From Promethearchaeota archaeon (GTDB taxonomy: Archaea > Asgardarchaeota > Lokiarchaeia > Sigyniarchaeales > SOKP01): a stretch of DNA of 64,000 nt. Below the pieces are notes generated by a model, which was given only the letters and a program-made list of their open reading frames with translations, searched no databases and was not told where the DNA came from. The translations under genes were made by a program, and so were the position numbers. Shown piece after piece: positions 30,001 to 45,000 of this stretch (position 1 is its first letter; every line of letters starts with the position of its first letter). Location of the stretch: positions 96,001 to 160,000 of the forward strand of contig JBHLNF010000003.1 in NCBI GenBank assembly GCA_048937405.1, read 5' to 3'.

Positions 30001-33000
30001 CTGGCATTACGGAAATTCAACCATCAAAAAAAAATCATAACAACGTGATGTATATGAAGGCAGATGATTCAGTGTATTTGATCGTGAATCATGATATTAC
30101 AGAAACTAATAGTGGAACATTTGAATGCTGGCAATATCCAGTAAAAGATGATGTAGATTGGAGTAATGAAATTTGGTTCCAGGACTCTTCTTCAAAAGAA
30201 GGGTATATTATCATGAATGCAGCAGGGAAATATTACTGGCGTAATGATACAATCTCGATATTACTTGCTTCTGGTGTAAGTAATCAGTGGAATCATATAA
30301 AGGTAACCTGGTTTAACAATGATGTTGAAGTATGGATTAATGGAATATTCACTGATGGATTAACGCTTGGATCGGGGCAGACCAACGTGAGTAAAATAAG
30401 ATTTGTGCAATATGATGATGAAGGAGAGTGTTGGTATGATGCTATTGGATTTTCGTGGGATATCTCATCTCACGGTGGATTAGGATATGAACTAGGATAT
30501 AATGTGAATCCTTATGATTTGGAATCATTGTTATTACAAGGATTTTCTTCAACCTACTTCGATTACGGTGAATACTGTAAGTTATCAGATATTGATGGTC
30601 ATCGTGATGTTATTGAATTATATGCTCCAATTGATCAATATCTCTACATGGCAGATAATTTTAATTCGATGGCAGAAGATGGTATTCAATTAGAGTGGTG
30701 GTGGAGAAAAGATGCAACAGGACAGAGCGAAGTGCAAGTGCACGGTGATTTTCTATCACTGTATTTGGTAGCAACTGCAACTGGTATGTATTATTACCAC
30801 GATGGAACTCAGTCTAATATTGTGATGACGAATTTCCAAGAAGATCAGTGGTACAAACACAAGGTGATTGTAAACTTTTCAACTAATTCGTTTGATTGGT
30901 ATATTAACGATAACTTAGTTGAATCTGGATGTGATTTCTACAATGATGCCTCATACATCGATAGGGTAATGTATCATACTTCTAGTGGATATACACATTT
31001 TGATCTCAACCTGAAAAAAGAAATTGCGTGGTACAAATTTGACAGAGGAACGGGTTCGATTGCATATGATCATGCCGTTAATAAGTTTCCAGGTAATCTT
31101 ACCAACATGCATGAATCTACGTGGGAACCAGGAAAGATTAATGGGGCACTGCATTTTGATGGTATTGAAGATTATGTCGATATTCCAGATGATATCATTA
31201 ACGGTTCAACAGACTTCACGATAGCATTATGGTTTAAAACGGATGGAACAGATTTGATACGAGATAGGACATTGATCGGCAAGCGTGATAATGATACAGG
31301 ATACAATGGATACTACGGAGAATTTGAAATTAGATTAACTAAGGATGGAAATCTTCGGTTTTATGTGTGGAATGACGGGTATCAATTTGATTTATTGAGT
31401 GAATCAGTCTATAATGACGATCAATGGCACTATGTGGTGGCAATTAGGGATGGAAAGAACGGTTATCTATATGTCGATGATATATTGGTTGACCAAGGAA
31501 GTGGTCCAGTCAAGCTATTGAATCCTAATCTGGCTATGAGCATCGGAACCGAGCTACGTAATGTTGAATGGGATCCAGTGAACGGATGGCCTCATTTCTT
31601 TAAGGGATATATTGATGATGTAAGAATTTATGATGTTGCTCTATATGAAGATGATATTAAATGGCTATTTAACAAAGGGGACGGAAGAGATACGTCATTA
31701 AACTTATCTCCCAAAGAAGAATATAGGATTATAAATCTTGAGAACAGTTTTACTTCAGAGTGGAAGCCCTTCAACTCAATATATATTTCTACTCTGGGTG
31801 ATTTGGAAGTTGATTATGGCGAGACATTACCAAATTATTTCATGATTGAGTATCGTACAACGGATATCGCAGATAATATGGTTGCAATTTCAACATACAA
31901 TTCACACTACCAGAATATCAACTTTACACATGAAGTAGATATGTCGCTAGTCAAAAGTGTAATAGATCTCAACAGCAATATAACATCAGATCGAGTCATT
32001 ATATTTAAAGATGTAGGTCAATTTAATGGAGCCCCTGTCGAGGTGTTCATTAACGGATTTGAATACGGTACAGCAGTTTCAAACGGCACTCATTATGTTG
32101 TTTTGTTCGGTCAGGAAAATAATGAGGACACGCTTCTTGCATATTCAAAATCACTGATAAGCGATTACATACATTCAACTATCAATCCGCTATCTCACGT
32201 TAGCTGGGAGTTTTCAAATGATGATCTATTTGGTGTTATTCAACATGTGCTTGTCGATCAACCAATCACAATAGTAAATCCACTTACTTATAATGCAACA
32301 GCGATAATGCAGTTAGATACTATTTATGATCAAACATTTAGGATGGCAAAATATGTCAGACCTGGTAAAGAGGCATATTATTGCAATGCTACTACAGGTG
32401 AGTTATTATATCTTGATCTGGGTTATGATTATATGATTTTACAGGATGGGACGGTTAAATTTCCAGATGGGTCATTTATCTTTGATTTATATGAGAACCA
32501 TTCAAGTGAAGTACAGGACGGTTTTATTTATTTCGAGTACAGTGCCTCTGATGTATATGATCAACTAACGCTCTCCAATGCTGAAGGTTTGTTCATTAAT
32601 TTTACCATGCCAGATTTATATTACAATCACACCACAATTGATACACTTACTGTTCGATTAAACGACTTTTCTGGAAAGTCATTTGCAAAAATATTTTACG
32701 ACATCGATCTTCGAGAATTTTTCCAAGAGGATGTAAAAAGCAAATATGAACAAACGATATTCGGTCTGAGTAAAATGATGACAATACCGTTGTACATCGA
32801 TTTCAGAGAATTTATTCTTTCAAACACTGACGCAATGTTTGACATGAGTCTAATAGAATCTATTTCATTTGAAATTGTTGATTCTGCTCGATGGCCAGGA
32901 TCCTTCATGAAAACGTACGAAGAAGAAGGATATACCGTGTTGAATCTACCGTATCAGAGAGTTGGAATACAGGATATTAAGTTGTATAATTTAATCAGTG

Positions 33001-36000
33001 ATAATGTAGATGATCAAGACGGGTTTGTGACCTCAGAAATAGAAGTACGATGTCCAGAGTATCATGACATATTTGCAACAGACACATTTAATATTGCTAA
33101 GATGAATGTAGAATTTACAGATGTTTCGGTAATATGTGACGGAGTGAATATCAATTACTATAACAGATCAATAGATGTAGAATTTTCTGATAGAATTGAA
33201 TTGTATATGCATTATGATTCAACATCTGGTGTAATTCCGTTGTATGACTTGGTTAATTTACCAATATATTTAGTGAATGCAAGTAATGTAGATCAGGCAT
33301 TCTCCTTTGACAGTCTTCATCATATTACAAAAGAAGATGTGAATGCTCCCGATGGATTTTATTCCGATTATTATTATGCAAAATTTGCCGTTCCGAAAGA
33401 ACTTGGAGAGTATAACTTAACCTTTAATTCACTAGGTACTCCTATGCATAATCTTATCATCGGTGGAATATCAGAGGTCGCAATGTGGAGTTTTGGTGAG
33501 AATGATACGGCATTCGACTTGATCGGTGACAAAGACGGTATGATTGTCGGAGCAACACAGGTCGATGGAAAGGTTGGTCGTGCATTATATTTCGAAAATT
33601 CAAATGATGATCATGTTGAAATACAGCCAGTGTTTGATGATTACCAAGACTATTTCACATTTGCTGCTTGGGTAAATGCAGAAAGTTTATCTACATATCA
33701 TTCATTATTCGGAGAGTATACTGGACAATATGCAAGAAATCACATTTATATCGGTACGAATGGTGAAGTCGTATTTGATCACAACCTACCGGCTGGAGGA
33801 GAAGCGACAAGTATCAACAATTTGATTACAATAGGATCGTGGATACATGTAGCCGTGGTGAAAGATAATGATACTGTGTACTTTTATAAGAACGGCGAGC
33901 AATTTGGTAGCGGTGTATCTCACGCTGAGAAGTATACATCAGGGAACCCCACAATATCAGGATTAGGAGGTAGGTATGACGGGGGGTGGGATTATGGGTT
34001 TGACGGAACACTTGATGACATACGACTTTATAGTAGATCTCTATCTGAAGATCATATAAAGTTCTTGTATCATAATGGCTATGGTAGATCTCAGCGATTA
34101 AATACACTAGTGCAATTTTCAGTAAACGTTACTCAAGAATCATTAAATGAGGAGCCGATCTATCTTGAAAATGATAGATATGAACTTGAATACGGAGAAT
34201 CATTAATACTTAGTGGAGCAGTGTTAGATAACGATATATATATAATAGAGGATGAAGTGCACGAATACAACTATCAGGAAGCATTAGGAGACGGAACCAC
34301 AACTAGCACCACAACTCACACACTTGATATCATCGCACCGTTCGGAGATGACTCATTCATTGATAAAAATGAATTTGCTATCTATTATATATCAGATACA
34401 TTAGAAAAACTTCCGTTGTACGTGAAAATGGATGGAAAGCTATTCATTGATACAGAAATTATATCTATCGAAAAGCTTCCAGAAATAGTGTATGTTAACG
34501 ATAAATATGTCCTTAATATACACTGGGAAACAAATCCAATAACAGGTTGTCATATTAATTATAATACTATGTTGTTGATTTCATATAAAATGATTAGAGG
34601 ACATCCAATTACCCCGATGTCGTACAGCTCTGAAGATGCATACGGACATGATAAGAAAGAAAATTTACATGAGATACCATTTGCTCGATATGATATAATT
34701 ACCGATAGTTGGATAACAAAAGATGACTATACAGAATCATTCTTTATTGATAAACAATTTATTGTAGAAGGAAATGTTACGGTTAATTCTGTGCTTATTG
34801 AAGGTCCGACCTATTTTGATGGTCAAGAGATCAAACTGGGTATTATTGGAATTGATAATGTGTATGTGAATAAGAGTAACGCTGATGTGTATGTACAACT
34901 TGATCCTCAAAACTATACATGGTTTATAGATGCAAGTGGCAGACTTAATGTTACATACTTGAATTTTGAAACTGGTGATGTGTGGTTTGTTGAGTACTGC
35001 TCTTATTATCCTTTGGAATTATCACACTCCTTGAAAAAATCATCATCTTACTTAACTAGTATTATGATTCATTCGAGTAATGACACTTCTCAATATCATA
35101 CTTTTACAACTAGTGAATATATAAATGCAACAGATGGATATGCTATTTACTTATTAGATCTGTATAACACGGCATTCTCTCTGGGTTTTGATATCGGTGA
35201 TGAAATAGTAGTTAAGTACCACGCCCCATTAACGAGAAAGGTTGATCTTTCATGTCAAGTACTGTTATTATTACAGGATAACAATAGCAATTATAGACCG
35301 ATTGATATGATACAAATTGACAGTTATGGGATGTTTAAATATGATCAACAATTTACCAATGATGGTCCTCTTTCATTACCGTTAAATAGTAAAACACTAG
35401 TGAATTTGAAGCTTGCCTATTTACCGCTACAGGTATATAATACTTCAGCCGGCGAATTAGTGAATATTAGTTATTCAGATCCGACTGTAGGAAGTATTTA
35501 TCCATATAAATCTAGTAGTAAATGGGTAAAAAGTTTTAAAATCATGACGATCCAAGATCAAGTGAAATTAGAGTTCGTCGATTTTGAGTTACAGCCAATA
35601 GTAGTGAACCAAAAATTCATAGAAGAACGTGATTATAAGTTCACCTATAACCCATTATATGCTTTAGAAGAAGGGGAAGAATATACAGCATTAAATCTTG
35701 ATGTAATGACACGAGAGGACTACACCTTTACCTTTAAATTGACAAATTCAGAGGATAAGCCTATTAATAATTCTATAGTATGGTTACATATTGGATTTAT
35801 GCCGAAGAGTGTCTCCGGATTCATTGACGACGGTCTAGAAATAGAGGAATTAGGAGGAATTTCACCGTATTATGAAATTTTAGGCACTGAAATAGGTACA
35901 ACAAAGGGACCCGGAATGGGTCCGAATAATATGTTCGGAAGACCATTAACATATGAAGTTGAATATAAGTCATTGAACAGAAGTGCCTACGGTCCATATA

Positions 36001-39000
36001 TATGGACATTTGGTACGACAGATGTATTTGGCAAGGTGTCGTTTGATCTATCGTTTGATAATGAATATTTATCTGACTTTTCTACAATATTTGGAACGGT
36101 CTCGGGAATAAAATCATTAGACGATATTTCACTTTATATAAGAGCATTTACAACAGAGTTCAGATGGCAAGATTTCATCATTCATTCACCCGAGCAGTAT
36201 ATCTGTTCACAAAACGGAATCATCTTTAATTCTAGTAGCAATATTTTACGTGAATATGATCTAATGCAACTCAAGTTCCAAGACAGTACATATGCAGAAG
36301 GGGTTATTGAGTTGCACAAAAAGGATATTGCATTAGGGTGTTCTGATCGTATTTCCTATGATCTTCCCTATACTGATGAGTTTCAAAGTGCCCAACTTGA
36401 AAATCTTCGCTTATTTGTATACGTTACAGAGGCAAATGTAATTGGAGGTAACATCGGCACGACAGTTGAATCATTAGATGGGCTTCATGAGGTACTTGAG
36501 TTGGAACCAACTCCTGTAAATGTACTCGCACAAAATTACAGCTATTATGCTTTACTTCAGATACTCGATCCTGCAGGAAACAATGTAAAGCAAGCCTACT
36601 TGCCAATACAACCAAGCGGTGATGGTGGATATATAGAAATTGCAAATTGGACTATGGAAGAAATTCTAAACACGGCGGGACCTGGTGTTTCAACGATACA
36701 AATTCAAGTTCAAGAAACAGAGTATTATAAGGCTTCTCCTGTAGTACGAGTCCCCCTAGAAATTAGACCCCCCAACTGGCTTCGTTTTGGGGAGAAAAAT
36801 ATGCAGATCGATCTGATTGATCCATTTATCGCCTCTTGGGGTTCTGCATTTGATGGAAGTGGGTTGATGCCATTTGAGAGCAATTATCCGCATCTGATTG
36901 GCACACTGTGGATTGATCCACACTTTGAAAACGGAGAAGAACTTTCTATAGAAGATTATATTGAGATAGGATTGACCTGCACCTCCTTTAATGAATCTGG
37001 AGGGATAAGCGGTGTCACTGATTTACGAGAACCCATCATGTTTCGTCCAGGTAATTATGAAGGATTCTTAACGTTTGATGTGGGATTAGGTCCAGAAGAT
37101 GCATTTTTGATGGGAACCGAGTGCATGCTGAATTTAACATTCGATATTGATTATATTGAACAAGAGGTATATAACGAAAGTAGAGATATCAATATCTATC
37201 TGCTTGATCTCCGAATGGTCAATAATCCATCAGCGAATAACCCAAATATTATCTGGTCACTATATGAAGATAAATTCAAAGATATCGCATTTCCAGTAAA
37301 AAATGAGTTATTAAGTATATCAACAGAAACTGGAATACTTTTATTGGGTGGAATTTCTGGTACAGAAGCATACGGAGTTGAAGAGTACTTCCTCTATGAT
37401 CCAGATCAGGTTACCTATGCAACGGATCCTGAAAATCCACAATTATCATTACTTGGGTTAGATAACGTAGAACCTCTTGCTGTTATAGGCACAAATGGTA
37501 CCGAAACAAATTATATTTTTGTAAAAAACGTTGATTGGCAAGAAGGAACGACTATGACCGAGATCGAATTTCTGGGAAATGATGTTCCAAATAACGATTC
37601 AGAATTCAAGGTGATCTATCAGTATAACTTTGATTTCGGTTCGAACTATTTCGGAAACGTAACACTTGGAGCTTCAAACAATGTTAGTAAGAGTTATATA
37701 GAATTTGATTTAACTGGAGGATTTTTACCAAGTAGTGAAGACAGTAGATCTTCCATGTTTGTAAGGTATTTTGACAACTTTGTTGGTAATAATATTGATA
37801 AAAATTTCAATTTAACCTATACTATTGAAAATGCAGATCTATCGGATTTTGTCATTTATAATGAAGAGGAATTGAACGCTTCATTTACAGGAGTCATAAA
37901 GAAGATTGACAACGGAGCGTTACAAATTGAACTTACTGATATTCCTGCTAATGGTCAAAAATTCAACGTGTCATATGGCATCCGATCTCAGTACGAATTA
38001 AGCTACGGCTTCCAGAAATTTAATAAGTCTTACAGTGATTCGGTTCGGTTGATTCACAATGATGAAGAGCACCAGGATTCAATATTAGATACTCAGGAAA
38101 TTCCATTGATCACTACCAAATTGAATGAACCTTCCTTATATGTGTCAATGGACCCCTCGGATGAAGAAACTATTCTAGAATTATATAACCTACTTATAGC
38201 CTATAATCCTGAATTAAACTTTACTATAGTACTTGATCCGATAGTTGTAAATCAGATAGAAGCATTTAACAATGATTTTAATACACTTAGTGTCGAGTTT
38301 TATTATGTAAAACATGATATGGGAGTCTATTATTCAGATTATATTGAAATTCCGTTGAATTATAGTGAATTTGTATTAGATCTTGAAGAAGATGGTAGTT
38401 ATCGGATTAATTATAATAAAGATCTGTTTGGACTATATTCTGATTTTGGAGTTTCGTCAATGGATATATATATTTCAATTTCACAGGTGAGCGAGGGATG
38501 TAATTTCATTCCATATGTAATCATTGAAGATTTTGATTATCTCAGTGATGATCATTTTATAGAAATGTATGATAGAATACCAAGAGACAGTAATAATAAT
38601 ATAGATGTAAAGGCAGTCATTGGAACTCCTCATTATTTCCAAATATTTACCGAGCCTTTACGAACAAGTACCTTGTATAATGTATCATCTCCTTTCGATC
38701 TTTTAGAAAACTCTATAGTAACTGTCGGATTGACTGATCTACCACATTCTAGCTTAGTCTCACTGAATAATTATGAGTTTTCTTATTTAGGATCATCAAC
38801 ACCAATTGTTGTTAATGATGATGATTTCAACATGATTACTAACCTTGGATTATTTACTAATACTTATAATATTGAAGACTCTATTGTTCAGGATGGATTT
38901 GTCGATCTTTATTATGGTTCAGGAACAGAAGTGGACGGGTCAAAAGAGTATGATATTAAGATGAACATGTGGCCGTTGAACGATGTTATTGACTATACAT

Positions 39001-42000
39001 CAAATGTTTCTAATCAAATTATTGAATCATGGGAAAACTCATTGAACTTTACTTCCCAATTCTTAACTACTGATGAAATCACAGTATCAGGAACGGTTCT
39101 ATATCATCAGATATTTAACTTGGTTTCGGATGATACAGTAATCGGGGAAAATGAAATAAATGCCCTATTTGACGGTTATGATGTACCACATGCGATGCTT
39201 GGATTACGCCTTCCAGATGATATACAAATTGCATATGTCGGAACGGTTGGCAAACCATATGATTATTACCTATCTGTACAAGGTTTCCCTATCGGAAATC
39301 ATAAAACGAGCCACTGTATAAACTTGACAACTGGAGTTATCGACTCATTTGCATACAGTGAGAGTGTGATGATAGAAGATGATCACTATTCTATTGAATA
39401 TTTAGATAATGGAAGTAAGTATATCTTAATCTATGTAAGTAATTCTTCATTATATGCTGAAAATGATGAAATAATTGTAGATTATTGGGCATATCATACA
39501 TTTACAGAAGGAATCGATTACGAGATTCATGAAGATCCTGATGATCCCTATATGTCCGCGATCACTTGGAACCTTGAATATAATAATGTAAATGACTTTA
39601 AGATGCACCCTGATTTATCTACACAAACATCCTATACCATTGAATTCTCTGCTTTAGAATGGAAAGATGCAGGTGATAATTACGTATTACAACATAGTGA
39701 TGAATTTATTTTTCAACCATTAACCAAGACAAATATCTCTCTGTTATATGAAAAAGGAGATACCGAAAAAATGTTTAACATCCTCTATTATGTGCCCTTA
39801 GAGCGGTTCCCAGCACCCGACTTATTCACTTCTGTTGCTGTGAAGATATGGGATGGGAATGATATAAATTCATTGCAACTTTATTCTAATTTTAGAGCTG
39901 AATATATCCTTTCAGATACAGATTGCAACTGGATGTACTATCTAAATTTTACTGAAGTACAAAAAGATATTTCGATTGAACATCAAGGATTTGAAATATA
40001 CCCAGATACATCGGTATTAATAGAGGTGCAATTCAATTCTACTGTCATAAAATATCCATTGACATATACCCCATTTAACTACGATTATATAGAATCAACT
40101 CACGAAGTATACAACATTAACATCACAGTGGGAGAACTCGGCACCTATACCTCAAATGTGGATTCATTCTTTGATAAATATGTTATTCAGATCAAAGATA
40201 ACTATATCTACTTAAATGATACTGAAATAGATCCTCATACTAAGATCACCGTTAAGTATCGCCATAAATTACAGCCAGGGTTGCTTGATCGTAAGCATTT
40301 AGTAACTGTAACATATCCGTGGACAAATACTTTTACCACAATCGCAAGTGATATCACTTCTGTGGAAGACCTAGACACCGCCACATCATATAGAGAGAAA
40401 TACAGGAAATTATCGGGAAGCTCAATTATCGCACCCTTTGATTACTCCTTATCACTAGATGATATTTATACCCTTTATTTGAGTTATCGGTTGAATCAAC
40501 GGGACATCATTGAAGAAACATTTACATTTGAACCAGCAAAAGTGTGTAAAGATGGTACATATAATTATACCTATATGGATCACGGTATTGATAAGTATAT
40601 GGATGATGTCGTCATAGATGGGCAGCATTCAATCACTATCTATTATTATGATGAATGGGGACGTATCCAAACAGTAGAGGAAGAATGCTATACTGTAGAT
40701 TCGGTCAATAATATAATAACAATGCTACCAAGCGGTAGTAAGAATCCAATTCTCCAGAATGCTGTCCCTGAATTTTACGTATCATATCTTCCCGAAGGAA
40801 ATGATAAGAAATTCGAGAATTACGAATTTACCTACGACCCAAATAGAGAATTAAAAGATACCATTGAGGTGAGTAATTGGGAAGTCATCAATGGAAAAAG
40901 ATTAGATACAATTCCTATCTTTGAAGCACCGTATTTCATGGATGAGAGTGTAAGTACTCATGAAAATATAGTATGTTATGCTACACAATTAATGTCGTAT
41001 ATCAATACAACAACAAAATTACGATTTAATTTAAATGATGAACTTTTTGGATATGATACCGATCTTTTGGCAGATATACAGTCTGGACAGATTACCAACC
41101 TGCACATACGGACAGGTATTAGTAATTACGAGAGTATCGAGAGTCTTACTGTTCGACTCTTTAATACTACTCAACAAATTGAATCTGATCAAGTTTTCAC
41201 CATTGAAGAGCTTCTTAAGAGTAATTTCGTCATTAATATAGTATTACCATCCTACCACCATAATTTACAATACATTGAATTTGATGCGACTTTTACGGAA
41301 CGAGGTGAGTATTCAAGTGATAATGATAAAGGTATTACTCGTGTTGAATATATTGAATGGGATGAGCAATTAACTACTGTGGGTTCAAACGGATATAAGG
41401 TGATGGAATATGTACTTGGGTATGATCTTATAGAAAATACAAATATCTATCTTTACAATGATGTGTTACAATACCTCAAACTTCCTGATGGAATTTCTTT
41501 TGAATACACTCTCAAAGTGGATGCCTTTGAAAACATAATGTATGTCTTAGAAATTCCCGATGTGTATGTTAACCCAGATGATTCTAGTGAGAATCGCACC
41601 TTTGCAGATGGGGACATGCTTATTTTACGTTATAGCTCTCCCCCTAAAAAAGAAATTGGAATTGCAGTGGGTACGATGTACTTTGAAAAGGAGCAGTATG
41701 AGATGTCTATCCCAATCGCTGAAGTAATGTTGATTAATGCTTCGAATACCTTTAGTTATGATGAATTTATAAGTCCCTACTATTACAACATTCCTCTAGA
41801 AGTAACGCCGTTTGATACCGAATTTTCCAATTCTTTTAAGGCGGTTGCAATTGAGTTGGATATCTCAACATTAGCGGCATATAATGTGAGCAATGCTATC
41901 GAGTTTTCGAATATCATATTTTCTGTACCCGATCCTTCATATGAATTAACTATTGATCAAGTGGTTATTACTAGGAAAGATCATGGAAGATCAGACCATG

Positions 42001-45000
42001 AATATGTTGAACAGAACATCTGGAGATATACAGAGCTAGAAATGTTTGAGTCAGACGTAGATCCCAGTGATGATGTGTACAATCCAACATTTACTGAAAC
42101 ACCGATATTTTACAATGATGGCGGTGATAAATGGTTAAAGTATCTGGCGTTGTATGACGGTGCCGCTACATATTATGCGGGATTACCAGAAGGACAAGAT
42201 CAAGATCAATATCAATTACACTGGTCTCAACAATACAGTAATTTCACCTGGAATCCATCATTTGATAAATTTAAAGAGATATTTGGCATGCAGTATGAAT
42301 TACCTATGAGTATTGAACCAAATAGCTCTTTATATCTTGCCTACTGTACAAACACATCGTGGATGGAACCAATATATTTGGATTATAGTAATATAGACCT
42401 GAATTCTATTGCAGTAGTGTATGAGGGCGATACCTTTTCATTAGAGAATCGGTATTATTATTCTGAATTAGACAGAAATCTTACGGAACGACTGTACTAT
42501 GATTATGAAGTAGATCAGTTTTACAGCGATTCATTTACTGTATACAATACAGTGTCAACATATACCCATGAGTTCGATCTTGGCAATTTTACCCTTGAAA
42601 ATGATTTCATTAATGTGAGTGTGTATAGTATAAAAGGAATATATGCAAATTTCACTGATGTTACAATAGAAAATGATACAATCAACTATGAGGTGTACTT
42701 TGATAAGGCTGCAAACAATATTACCATTATAGACAAAATATCTGGAGATGGGGTCTTAAACCAGTTTGATCTAATTACCGTCATATTAAACTTTTCATAT
42801 GGACCTATTTCTACAAGCTCAAGCATCGAACTTTCGCACATGTTTAACAATTCTTATTTATCAGATCCTACGGCATCATTTTATGATTTACTTTCAATAT
42901 CATTTGAATATGTTGATGATCTTGAATTCGTGTTATTTAATGAGGATTACAGAACTATTACTACCTCAAATACTTTGTTTACTTCGATTGATTTTACAAG
43001 AAGTAGTGAGTTGGGTATAGATAAAAAACTCAATGGGTATGATACAAGCGTGTTCCTGAACTTTAAGATATTTTATGATCCATATAATGTGATTTATGAA
43101 GCGGATTTAGACGCTGATGGGAACATAGATTATCTACAAGAAATAGATATAAACAAAGATGGAATCACGGATATTAGAAAATTCGGAATCCAAGATGGGG
43201 AGTATCCTGAAGACATCATATGGCATACTATCATTCAAAATTATAAGACGCATGAATCATATGTTGATAAGCAAAAACAATCGAAAGCAACGAAATGGTT
43301 CGATCTAAATGATGATAGTTATTCTGAAATAGACTGGGGAGATCCAGGTATCTGGGCAATGATTTCACTAGCGATAGCTGGAATAGCCTTGTCTGGAGGG
43401 GCAACAGCTGCACTTGTTATCCCACCGATTGCAGGGGAGATCATGGTTTCAAGAGTAGATTACTGGGCAAAGAAATCAATAACACACGAAATGACTCAGC
43501 ACTATGATGTAAATACTGTATATCAAAGTGTAATAGTAGATGAAAATAAAGATGGGTATGCAGATACGGAAGTTACTTACGAACATATTGATACAGTAGT
43601 AAATTACGAATCAATAGACATTGAAACAACAATCATTGCTGCTAAACCTTATGGTTGGACAACGTATCTCTTGGATTATGTAGAGAGAAGTTTTAAGGAA
43701 TTTTTTGTAGGAGAAATAGAAGATAATGTGTTTAATGAAGAATTAACAGAAGAAATATTGAGTGATAAATCACTTGCAGTGCAGAAGTACGGAAGCACAG
43801 GAGAAACCTTGTTTAATACATTTGGAAAGGTTTCAAAAAACACAACTGTACTATACCGAGAAGAACGTATACGAGAAACAATTACTATTACGGATTGGGA
43901 GCAAGGAAAAATTAAAGAAACAAGGATTTACACAAACGATTTTGATGACCACATTACAAATTACGAAACATTTACGATAAAAGATCTCTACTCAGGGAAC
44001 ACACAGGTGGTAGAACTTGAGACTCACAGAATTCCAGATGAAGTGTCTATTGAAAAGAAGCATATTGATGATATTACTTGGGAAAATGATAAAATACCAG
44101 AGCAGTTCGATACAAAGATCACGATATTAGAAGACGGAACAACAGAAAGGAAAAACATCAATGAGAAACAACTCACGATCATTATTCCAAACAGGTTCAG
44201 TCTGTATAACGATATCTACAAGGGTAAATATAATAAGGATTTAGTTAAAAATGACACATTTACAATAACTGGAGTGGTTATTAAACCTATCGATGGGCAG
44301 GTGTATTACACTTCTGATATAGATCTGTATAAGGCTGGAATGGCCCAAACACAAGGATTCTATCTATATTACGATAGCGATGAAAACGGTTTTTATGAAA
44401 CCGTGTATGTACTCGATGAAGATCCGACGAATGATGGATCATATATAGTAATAGCAATCGGTTATAATTATGACGGAAGCCACGAATTTTCACCATATAA
44501 TCAGAAAACCGTTCGTACCTATGTAGAAAAAGATGATGAATTGGCAAGAAAGCCTTCCTTCAAAATAGGGTTCAGAAGGTACTCTTTCTCAAGGATTATG
44601 AGAGATGACAATCTATTTTTGAGTGATAATGATGGATTAGAAGCAAAAGATATGATATTTGAAATTTACCGATTGACATCATATAAAGGTTCAAATCCAG
44701 AGTTCTTTTATGAAGTCAAACAACGAGAGTACAGTCGAACAACAAACATTTTCGATAAATCATACTGGTCTGATGTAGCTGAACAGGTATTTATGTCAAC
44801 TGCAGCTGGCACTATCTCGGTGGTTGTTGGGGCAGCGGTGTTCGGATGGATAACGGGTGCTACATTAGGTTTTGGCGTTGCAGCTGGTAAGGTGGCACAA
44901 GAATTAGCTTCAATGCTTACCTACTTTGCGGTATATTCGATAATGAGTAAATATTTCATGGATGTCAAAGAATGGAAGAGCAGGCATCAAGAACGTGCCG

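Noticed and set aside
43330-43360. WGDPGIW as an Rhs-type DPxG autocleavage site
   Set aside because: It does not match PxxxxDPxG and no YD/Rhs core precedes it
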